Positions 10,073 to 19,057 of a DNA stretch of 36,873 nucleotides are shown here, piece by piece. The notes under the pieces are model-generated. The model searched no databases. It saw only the letters and a list, made by a program, of their open reading frames with translations, and was not told the origin of the DNA. Numbering within the stretch: position 1 is the stretch's first letter; each line of letters starts with the position of its first letter. Position numbers and translations under genes: made by a program. Source of the stretch: Minisyncoccota bacterium (GTDB taxonomy: Bacteria > Patescibacteriota > Minisyncoccia > Phycocordibacterales > JAACPR01); NCBI GenBank assembly GCA_043728995.1, contig JAYTLZ010000016.1, positions 1-36,873 on the forward strand, in the 5' to 3' direction.

Positions 10073-10189
10073 TCTGTCTTGGCGACTACCTACTCTCGCC
10101 CTGAAGGACTACCATCGGCGCTGACAGGCTTAACTTCCGAGTTCGGAATGAGATCGGGTGTACCCCCGTCGCCAAATCACCAAGACAGA
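10073..10189 (-). rRNA. rrf: 5S rRNA
   Basis: The reverse complement reads UCUGUCUUGG...CCGAACUCGGAAGUUAAGC...GCGCCGAUGGUAGU...GAGAGUAGG...CCAAGACAGA. Helix I closes, and a flanking ATCCAA/TTGGAT pair extends the stem. Confidence 0.93.
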
Positions 10190-10264
10190 AGATTGGATCT
10201 TCTGCTTCATTGTATTAAATATTGAGAAAACGTAAGCTCAAAGCACAAAAAGTCTAAATGGTGA

Positions 10265-10566
<302 letters not shown>

Positions 10567-10871
10567 CATCTACTCAACTTCATGGTTGCGTTACAGCCAT
10601 GAATGATTTCACACATTACTGTGTGGATTGGACTATATCTTCATCACGCGTTCATCTGTGATGGTTAACGTGTAGTCTCTACGGGTCACTGGAATTACTT
10701 CGCAATGTTCCCTCGGTATTGCCCTCTATTGCTAGATAGGGTTCCACCGATATAGTTAACTTGTCTACAACTGCTTGTTATAGCCGCCGTGTCTTTGTTT
10801 GTCTCGCCTCTTTGTCACGGGTTCAGACTGTTCAAAATCCAAATGCATGCTTGCGCATCTTTCGATTCTCA
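10567..10871 (-). mobile_element. ORF-less ~305-nt insertion in 23S at the L2593-type site, group I-intron-like
   Basis: It interrupts the conserved GAxCGU|CGUGAGACAG sequence. The 5' exon ends in U and the insert ends in G (..GAGUAGAUG|CGUGAG). A 13-nt insert segment (10819-10831) is complementary in 12/13 positions to the 5' exon end (10872-10884). Confidence 0.7.
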
Positions 10872-11535
10872 ACGGTCTGAACCCAGCTCGCGTACCTTTT
10901 TAATTGGCGAACAGCCAAACCCTTGGGACCTTCTCCAGCCCCAGGATAAGATGAGCCGACATCGAGGTGCCGAACACTGCCGTCGCTATGGACGCTTAGG
11001 CAGTACCAGCCTGTTATCCCCAGAGTAACTTTTATCCGATAATCTCGAGCACCATCTAATGGTAACTCTCGGTTCACTATGCTCCACTTTCGTGTCTGCT
11101 TGACTTGTACGTCTTACAGTCAGGCTCCCTTTTGCCATTACACTATCGGCACGGTTTCCATTCGCGCCTAGGGAACCTTTGTAGGCCCCTCCGTTACTTT
11201 TTTGGAGGGTAGCGCCCCACTAAAACTGCCCACCAGATACTGTCCCAATAGGGTTTTTCCCTACTGGTTAGATTATATCCCCTCAAAGGATAGTATTTCA
11301 CTGACGACTCCATGTTCCCCGGAAAGAACACTTCAAAGTCTCCTACCTATGCTGCGCAGTGAGGACATATAATCAATACCAAGATGCAGTAAAGCTTCTG
11401 GGGTCTTTTCGTCTATTTGCGGGTAGCCGGCATCTTCACCGGCACTGTATTTTCACCGAGCAAGTCTCCGAGACAGTTCCCCCATCGTTACGCCATTCGT
11501 GCAGGTCTGAATTTACCAGACAAGGAATTTCGCTA

Positions 11536-12399
<864 letters not shown>

Positions 12400-13206
12400 C
12401 AGGGCTTATACAGCGCCAGCCCATAAAATAAATCATGGACCGACCATATTTAACCTTCTGGCATTGGTCAGGCGTCACCCTCTATACATCATCTTACGAT
12501 TTCGCAGAGAGCTGTGTTTTTGATAAACAGTCGCGGGGGAGTCTTTCGCTGCGGCCCATATTGCTATGGGCAAGCCTTATTCCGAAGGTACGGCTGCTTT
12601 TTTGCCGAGTTCCTTGGAGACCTCTCACTCGTTCGCCTTGGTCTGCTCGACCTGACTACCTGTGTCGGTTTGCGGTACGGGTTCGATATAACTAACCTTA
12701 GAAGTTTTTCTTGGACATGTGCTCCCGAACATTTGGATACCCGAAGGCACCATTTTCGTTACGCTTGGAATTGGGTTGCCCCGACTGCCGGATTTGCCTA
12801 ACAGTCTTCCTCACGGCTCGAACGTAAATCCAATAATACGCGTTCAGTACAACTTGCCGTCACTCCATCGAATTATATCGAAGTTACGGAATATTAACCG
12901 TATGTCCATCGGATGCGGATTTCTCCATTTCCTTAGGCCCGACTAACCCTTCGCTGATTACCATTGCAAAGGAAACCTTAGTCTTTCGGCGTGCATGGAT
13001 TTCACATGCATTGTGGTTACTTGTGCCAACATTCTTACTTCGCAACGCTCCACTATGGGTCACCCCTTTAGCTTCGACGCGGTTACGAATACTCTCCTAC
13101 CGCTAGAATCTCCCTGAGGATCATCTAGCCCTAAACTTCGGTATCATGCTTGAGCCCCGATTATTTGCGGTGCAGGATCTCTGAATGAGTGAGCTGTTAC
13201 GCTTTC

Positions 13207-13238
<32 letters not shown>

Positions 13239-13811
13239 TCATTGTCAGAGAAATCCCACCTCCTTAAGTGCACTTAGCATGAATTTTGGGACCTTAATTG
13301 TAGATCTGGGCTGTTTCCCTTTTGACCAATGGAGCTTAGCCCCCACAGTCTAACTGCCAGACTATTAACTTGCGGTATTCGGAGTTTGATAGGTCTTATG
13401 AGATTGCTCCCTATTAAGACCTTCCAGTGCTCTACCCCCACAAGGAACATCTGACGCTAACCCTAAAGCTATTTCGGAGAGAACCAGCTATTACCAGATT
13501 CGATTAGCTTTTCACTCCTTACCACAGGTCATCCGAAGGAGTCGCACGACCAACCGGTTCGGGCCTCCTCCTGCCTTTCGGCAGGATTCACCCTGCCCAT
13601 GGTAAGCTCATCTGGCTTCGGGTCCAATATATACTACGAACGCACTATTCATACTCGGTTTCCCTACGGCTTCACCCCTTCAGGGCTTAACCATGCAATA
13701 TATATTGACTCGTTGGCTCATTCTTCAATAGGCACGCTGTCGAGGATCAAGTCCTCTTCAACTCCTTGTAAACATATGGTTTCAGGTCTATTTCACCGTC
13801 CTTCCGGACTA

Positions 13812-13851
<40 letters not shown>

Positions 13852-14541
13852 TTCTAGAGTATTTAGCCTTACCAGTTAGTTCTGGCAGATTCACTCAGGC
13901 TATTCATGTCCTGAGCTACTCAAGAACAATAAAAATGGTTGATTCGCTTTCGCGTACGGGACTATTACCCTTTAGAGTCGTTCTTTCCAGAACGTTCCAC
14001 TAGCTAATCATTTTGTAACCATTATCCAGTGCTGTATCTCTGTCTTCACTTTCATGAAAACAGAGAAGAGCACTGGAAAATTTATCGTCTTACAACCCCG
14101 CCCGTATAAATACGCACGGTTTGGGCTCGTTCCTTTTCGCTCGCCGCTACTTAGGAAATACTTCGCTTACGCGACTTTTTTTCTTTTCCTCCTGGTACTG
14201 AGATGTTTCACTTCCCAGGGTTCGCTCCCGCTCTCTTTACAAGATTGGGTAACTGAGGTTTGCTCAGTTGGGTTGCCCCATTCGGACACTTCCGGATCAA
14301 AGGTTATTAGGCACCTCCCCGAAACTTATCGCAGCCATATCGCGTCCTTCATCGCCTCTAGAAGCCAAGGCATCCACCATATGCTCTTAAATTTCCTATT
14401 AGGAAATCTAAAAACCACTTTTTAACTTTTTTTGCAGACGTATCACCGTCTGCACTCGTTGAAAATATTTTTCAATTGACTACTTTGACTCTTACTTATT
14501 TCTCAATATTTAGTTGTCAATGAACCCACGACATCTCGTCT

Positions 14542-14568
14542 AAAAAAGACCGCGGGAAGCGGTCTTTT
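14542..14568 (-). terminator. Intrinsic terminator between the upstream promoter and the 23S 5' end
   Basis: The minus strand reads AAAAGACCGC-uuccc-GCGGUCUUUUUU: a 6-bp GC stem extended by A/U pairs, followed by a U-run. Confidence 0.7.
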
Positions 14569-14642
14569 GAAGTGAGTTGAAAACCCTCTTTAGTAGACCA
14601 CTACCTTTGATTCTTTCTTAAACTTAACATCGTGTAGTGACC

Positions 14643-14670
14643 ATTATAGTCAGAACCAAACTAAAGTCAA
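14643..14670 (-). promoter_or_regulatory. Near-consensus sigma70-type promoter upstream of 23S, same architecture as the 16S promoter
   Basis: The minus strand reads TTGACT (14670-14665), a 16-nt spacer, then TATAAT (14648-14643), followed by GG as at the 16S promoter. Confidence 0.7.
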
Positions 14671-14690
14671 CACCTTACGGCCCTTTATTG

Positions 14691-14803
14691 GTAAGGCCAG
14701 GAATATAGTCCGATGCTGCGCGGGACAGCGGTCGGGATTACACCTCTTTCCCAGGGAAGTGACGCGTCCCTGGGCGCGCATTCGGACATATTCCTGGCCT
14801 TAC
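14691..14803. ncRNA. 113-nt highly structured element: 16-bp perfect arms plus nested stems. Candidate ncRNA or insulator; strand undetermined
   Basis: Outer arms are GTAAGGCCAGGAATAT (14691-14706) and ATATTCCTGGCCTTAC (14788-14803). Inner pairings are GTCCGA/TCGGAC, GCGCG/CGCGC and a CCCAGGGA-N9-TCCCTGGG hairpin. Confidence 0.45.
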
Positions 14804-14808
14804 AAAAC

Positions 14809-14834
14809 AAAGAAGCCCCTTTCGGGGCTTCTTT
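14809..14834 (-). terminator. Intrinsic terminator of the TM-helix-repeat protein gene
   Basis: AAAGAAGCCCC-tttc-GGGGCTTCTTT; on the minus strand it is followed by a U-rich tract. Confidence 0.8.
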
Positions 14835-14856
14835 CAAACAGTACTATATAAGAGTA

Positions 14857-15540
14857 TTAGCCCTTGATCTCGTTTCGCATGTCCTCGATGATGTCCTTGG
14901 CTGCGTCTCGGCCTCCTAGACCAAACGACAGACCAAGTGCAAGTGACATTGCCACCACTACTCCCGTGAAGAGAGTCTGGATGAACGTCGCAGCGATATT
15001 AAGCTGGAACAGTGCGGCCAGGATCGCGAAGATCCAGATAGACCACTTGGTTACTGAACCAAGAAGACCTGCCTTTCGAAGTCCTGCAGCCTTAGCTGAT
15101 GCGACTACCAACTTGCGAGTTACGTCGGCAAGCACGATAGCAACCACCAGGATAAGGATTGCGATGATAACCTGAGGAAGGTATCCGATCACGATTCCCT
15201 GAAGGAAGAACGTAACCTCGGAAAGTCCCAGGATACTCATCACCGTAAGAAGTGCCACCAATACGATGAACCACTTCACGATCTCTCCTACGAACCGTCC
15301 AGAGTTCAGTCCGAATCCTGCCTTGTTTACAAGCTGCCGTGCCCCGGCTGCCTCAAGCGCAGAATCAACTCGTAGAGTTTTGAAAATTCGACTAATCAAC
15401 TTCGAAACCAACGCACCAATCACCCACCCCAAAATAAGTATAACGATAACCACTACCAGTCGCGGAAGAAATCGTATCACTCCGTAAAACAGATCTCCGA
15501 AAGCGGCCATCATTGCGACCCACAGGTTTTCAAACACCAT
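14857..15540 (-). CDS. integral membrane protein with repeated conserved-TM-helix segments (mechanosensitive-channel-related family)
   Basis: 227 aa with several long hydrophobic helices separated by short K/R-rich linkers that repeat a similar pattern. Confidence 0.7.
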   Translation of the reverse strand: MVFENLWVAMMAAFGDLFYGVIRFLPRLVVVIVILILGWVIGALVSKLISRIFKTLRVDSALEAAGARQLVNKAGFGLNSGRFVGEIVKWFIVLVALLTVMSILGLSEVTFFLQGIVIGYLPQVIIAILILVVAIVLADVTRKLVVASAKAAGLRKAGLLGSVTKWSIWIFAILAALFQLNIAATFIQTLFTGVVVAMSLALGLSFGLGGRDAAKDIIEDMRNEIKG

Positions 15541-15582
15541 ATATTTATATAATTACTAATAACCCTTTAATTATAGCAACAT

Positions 15583-16191
15583 TTAGACTCCAATCCTATC
15601 AAGGAAGACCTGGTGTGGATAATCCAGGACGTCCCGGACCAGCTTGTCATAGACCCCGAGGCGGTACTTGAAGTCCGCTACGGGCAGCACCGCATAGCGC
15701 AATTGGCGTCCGATCTCTGATTCCAGGACCGAAATGGTGTTCTTGAGGGGTGTTTCCTTGATATCGTCCCCTACAATAAGGAGATCTACCCTACTGTCAG
15801 GGTTCTGGATAAAGACTCCGGCAGCGATTACCAGCTTGATCTTGCCGTGCTTGGTCAGCCTACCGACCAGTGAGTTTGATGACATTGGGCTGTTCTTGAC
15901 GAGCAGGCTCTGGAGCGCGGAGAACAGCTTGAATTCCACCACGGTCTCAAAGCCACCCTTTCTGGTCTTCTTTACCTTGCCGTTTTTCAGATGTGTCACC
16001 TTGATGAAGTTCTTCTTTCGGATAAGGTTGATCTTCTCAAGAAGGTTGAGCTCCTTCTGAAGGATACGCGGGGAGACCTTGGTCCGTGCCGCGATGGTGT
16101 CCTTGTCGAACGCCTCTCCTGTATTAAACAGAAAGAACTTCAATATCTTTACACGTGCATTGCTACCAAAGAGTTTGTCGAGTGCTTCCAT
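15583..16191 (-). CDS. winged-helix (ArsR/MarR-like) transcriptional regulator with uncharacterised C-terminal domain
   Basis: The N-terminus GSNARVKILKFFLFNTGEAFDKDTIAARTKVSPRILQKELNLLEKINLI is a typical wHTH. Confidence 0.65.
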   Translation of the reverse strand: MEALDKLFGSNARVKILKFFLFNTGEAFDKDTIAARTKVSPRILQKELNLLEKINLIRKKNFIKVTHLKNGKVKKTRKGGFETVVEFKLFSALQSLLVKNSPMSSNSLVGRLTKHGKIKLVIAAGVFIQNPDSRVDLLIVGDDIKETPLKNTISVLESEIGRQLRYAVLPVADFKYRLGVYDKLVRDVLDYPHQVFLDRIGV

Positions 16192-16240
16192 AAATTCAGG
16201 CCGTTAGTACTGTTAGTGGTAATGGTAATGATTGCCGTAT

Positions 16241-16258
16241 GTCGGAACATGTTCCGAC
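16241..16258. promoter_or_regulatory. Perfect 18-bp palindrome ~50 nt upstream of the wHTH regulator start; candidate operator
   Basis: GTCGGAACATGTTCCGAC is perfectly self-complementary. No T-run follows on either strand, so it is not a typical terminator. Confidence 0.4.
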
Positions 16259-16311
16259 AAGTTTCTTAATCATTCACTTATTATAGCAAAAGGTGACACT
16301 TTGGACATCTC

Positions 16312-17163
16312 TTATGACTTACTTCTTCTTTTGCTTGGCAATTTTTTGCCCTGTTCCAACATATTTTCCGCAGTTATAACTCGACTTCCCGTTTTATGCT
16401 CAATTTCCCTGCGAGCATTGCCCGATATTCTGCCACCACTCTTTGCATCCTTTCGAAGTGCGGAAAGTCCTTTCGAGTCTCTGCTGCGGGAAATCTCCGT
16501 CGTCGTCGCCTCGCCCAGCATGGTAAGAATAAGCTCAAGCTCATTCATGTGGTCTCGAACATTGTCTTGCTTGGATATGTTCTTATAGCCTTTCATTTCC
16601 TGAGCCGTCATCTCAAAAACACCCTTGTATATCTCGTTTGTAAGTATGGCAAACTCGATACCCTCCTTAACATCTCTGTTTTTCCATTCGTCCGTGAGAG
16701 TATTGCGGATATTAATGCCTCGCATCCTTTTGGTTACCCAGTCCTTATCGTGGCCTTTTTGTTCGTAGATGTTCTTTGCCCTTAGTACTGCCCTTTCCGG
16801 ATCTTGAATTTCCTCTATTCGTTCCTGTCCAACCTTTGCGAGCCATTGCTTGAATGGCTCTGCTTTTGGGGACGGTATGGACTGAATAATCCTGAATATT
16901 CCTGACAGATTTGAGCAATTTATCTTCTGAGCGCCTCCTTTTGTCATTATGGAAAGGGGGGTGGCAATTTGCCCCCACCCTTTTGACAATTCGTCATCCC
17001 TTCTACGCATATCCTTTATATATCCTTCAGGTTGGCTGGAATCTGTCAAAATCCTTATAACATCAACGACAGCAAAATACCACTGCCCATTGTGCCATGC
17101 ACGGCGAACTTCATTCTCTTCAAAAGAAACTGCCTGTTTTGTAGTATCAGCGTTGTGTTTCAT
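16312..17163 (-). CDS. Bro-N domain / DinD-like (DNA-damage-inducible protein D family) protein
   Basis: N-terminal Bro-N-like segment (FEENEVRRAWHNGQWYFAVVDVIRIL). The C-terminal part resembles DinD (..VRDHMNELELILTMLGEATTTEI..). The gene looks more AT-rich than its neighbours. Confidence 0.7.
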   Translation of the reverse strand: MKHNADTTKQAVSFEENEVRRAWHNGQWYFAVVDVIRILTDSSQPEGYIKDMRRRDDELSKGWGQIATPLSIMTKGGAQKINCSNLSGIFRIIQSIPSPKAEPFKQWLAKVGQERIEEIQDPERAVLRAKNIYEQKGHDKDWVTKRMRGINIRNTLTDEWKNRDVKEGIEFAILTNEIYKGVFEMTAQEMKGYKNISKQDNVRDHMNELELILTMLGEATTTEISRSRDSKGLSALRKDAKSGGRISGNARREIEHKTGSRVITAENMLEQGKKLPSKRRSKS

Positions 17164-17165
17164 TA

Positions 17166-18398
17166 CTAGTTGCTCGTATCCGCGTATTGTACCAAAATTT
17201 GTGCCAACTTCTTACTTTTACACACAACGGGCGGTTTTTCCTTAGCGCAGTACTCTGCAACTGCCCCGTATAAGTCGGACCGCGGCTCCAGAACGAAGTA
17301 GGTTTTGCCATTTGGATACTCGACTGATTCCAAAATCTCTTCAGGTCGCCTGGTCACGGTTATGCTATCCCCTCCCTTGATCAGAGTGTTCTCTGGAATC
17401 ACCCTGAATCCCGAAATGAACTTCAGGATAAAGCCACCGATGTTCACCTCCTTCTTGAGTTTGTTAAATATGGACAGCGTTCCCGTCGCCTGCTCAAAGG
17501 CAAGATCAGGCTCATACACCGTTACCTCCGTGCGTGATACTGCTGTATGCTCGGACGTCTTTCCCTCCAGTACCACCTGATAGGTTCCGGCGTGTTCATA
17601 TATATGCTTGACGGCACGCCCGGTGTCCGTCTCCAGATCGCCAAAATTCCATGCCAGTTTGGGCTTTACGTCCTGCTTTGATACTTGGGCCTCAAACTCG
17701 ATCGGCGTGTTGATAAGCACGGTCCTGGTGCGTCCTGCGCCAAGCTTGAAATCTGCGGTTGGCGTATAAGTCGTAGCTGCAACCTGCTGCTCGTGTGAGG
17801 ACGTACCGCCTGATGATCCGGTGGAGCCCGACGATCCCGAGCCCGATTCGGATGGCGTACTCGTAGCCGTCTCTTCTTCCTTCTCAGGAATCTCCGACTC
17901 AGTCTTGTTTGCGGTACCGAAGGTCGGACCGGCAGTCACTACCTTGCCGTCAGTGATCTGGAGCGAGTTGCCATCGCCGGCCGCACCCATGTCAGCGGTA
18001 TACGCGAAGCTGTCCACAGTAACCTTTTGGGCATCTGCCATGACAAGCGGCTCGCCCGTGTTGTTGAGTGAGAATGTACTGTCAAAGATAAGGCCGGCGA
18101 AACCCGTATAGTCTGCCAACACCTCAGCCACAGAATCGACAATAATGGCATACGATCCAGACGGCAGCATGCTGCCCGCCTGAGCAACCAGCCTATGGAA
18201 CACATTATTCTCGTGGAAAAAATACGTGCTCAGATCAACGGAGGCTGCACCCGCATTAAACACCTCTACCCACTCACGCTTGGTATCCGATCCTGCGGGA
18301 TCGTACATGATCTCTGATATCTTGACCTGTGCGCTCGCGAGGAACGGGATAAGTAACCCAATAATGAAACTGATAATGAAGGCTTTTTTGATAGACAT
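17166..18398 (-). CDS. secreted protein with lamin-tail domain (LTD) and PKD-like domain
   Basis: Signal peptide MSIKKAFIISFIIGLLIPFLASA. LTD signature ISEIMYDPAGSDTKREWVEVFN. S/G/T linker. PKD-like WNFGD...HIYEHAGTYQVVL. An alternative upstream start lies at 18425. Confidence 0.8.
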   Translation of the reverse strand: MSIKKAFIISFIIGLLIPFLASAQVKISEIMYDPAGSDTKREWVEVFNAGAASVDLSTYFFHENNVFHRLVAQAGSMLPSGSYAIIVDSVAEVLADYTGFAGLIFDSTFSLNNTGEPLVMADAQKVTVDSFAYTADMGAAGDGNSLQITDGKVVTAGPTFGTANKTESEIPEKEEETATSTPSESGSGSSGSTGSSGGTSSHEQQVAATTYTPTADFKLGAGRTRTVLINTPIEFEAQVSKQDVKPKLAWNFGDLETDTGRAVKHIYEHAGTYQVVLEGKTSEHTAVSRTEVTVYEPDLAFEQATGTLSIFNKLKKEVNIGGFILKFISGFRVIPENTLIKGGDSITVTRRPEEILESVEYPNGKTYFVLEPRSDLYGAVAEYCAKEKPPVVCKSKKLAQILVQYADTSN

Positions 18399-18444
18399 GC
18401 CAATACTATACGAATGACTGGTCATGGAACTATTAAGAAATACT

Positions 18445-18478
18445 AAAGACCGCCCGGCAGATCTGCCGGGCGGTCTTT
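18445..18478. terminator. Hairpin terminator after the small secreted protein gene
   Basis: AAAGACCGCCCGGCAG-at-CTGCCGGGCGGTCTTT, a 16-bp palindromic stem. Confidence 0.7.
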
Positions 18479-18489
18479 ATATTCGTCGA

Positions 18490-18924
18490 TTATTTCCAAG
18501 TAAAGGCCTGCCTTTCTGTATTAAGCCACGTACCGTTCACGTCATACGCCTTGAGCTTGAAGGAGAACTTTTTAGTGTCACTTGTTGCGTTATCGTACCA
18601 AGCCCTGAACGAGTTACCTGGCAAGGTGTTCATCCGCACCGCCTTACCACAGTCGTCCGTGCTGGAAGCGGTCACCCCAACAGTCATCCCCTTGTCGCAA
18701 TATGACCTGACCTTCCAATAGGCAATCTTCTGGGGATTTTTGATATCCGTCACCTCAAACGAGAAGCGTACGTCACCCGTTGCTGCTGATCGAACGATAT
18801 CCTTTGTCTTGAACGTAAAATCTACCTGGTTTGACATTTCAATTACCCCTATAGTTGCCGCATCTGCAATCAACGCAGGGAGCAATAAGGTGAGCGCAAA
18901 CACGGTGCTGAGTATATATTTCAT
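18490..18924 (-). CDS. small secreted hypothetical protein (~144 aa)
   Basis: Signal peptide MKYILSTVFALTLLLPALIADA from the ATG at 18924. The longer track ORF adds a Cys-rich, non-signal extension. Confidence 0.65.
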   Translation of the reverse strand: MKYILSTVFALTLLLPALIADAATIGVIEMSNQVDFTFKTKDIVRSAATGDVRFSFEVTDIKNPQKIAYWKVRSYCDKGMTVGVTASSTDDCGKAVRMNTLPGNSFRAWYDNATSDTKKFSFKLKAYDVNGTWLNTERQAFTWK

Positions 18925-18982
18925 GTCTCTATTATATTTTTTTACGCCAATAACGCAACCGCACCTAACACAATGGCAATAC

Positions 18983-19008
18983 AAAAGGCCCCCTTGCGGG
19001 GGCCTTTT
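18983..19008. terminator. Intrinsic terminator after the acidic surface protein gene
   Basis: AAAAGGCCCCC-ttgc-GGGGGCCTTTT. Confidence 0.8.
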
Positions 19009-19057
19009 GCTATCTAATTCTAACTACGTAGCAGTTCGAAGTAGCGTATTACACAAA

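Noticed and set aside
14434-14453. Hairpin GCAGACG-N6-CGTCTGC next to a T7 run, as a terminator in front of 23S
   Set aside because: The T-run precedes the hairpin on the + strand, and the hairpin is followed by an A-run on the - strand. In neither orientation is it hairpin-then-U. It probably belongs to the pre-23S leader structure.
14493-14520. Second promoter candidate for 23S (TTGACA on the minus strand at 14520-14515)
   Set aside because: The best -10 candidates at 16-18 nt spacing (TAAGTA, AAGTAA) are poor matches to TATAAT. It is mentioned in a finding but not annotated.
14691-14803. Possible SRP RNA, 6S RNA, tmRNA, RNase P RNA or tRNA
   Set aside because: By eye, neither strand shows a GGAA-tetraloop/AGCAGCC SRP motif, a GGUUCGA T-loop, a tag ORF with CCA end, or a GAGGAAAGUCC P4 sequence. 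It is kept as an unclassified structured element only.
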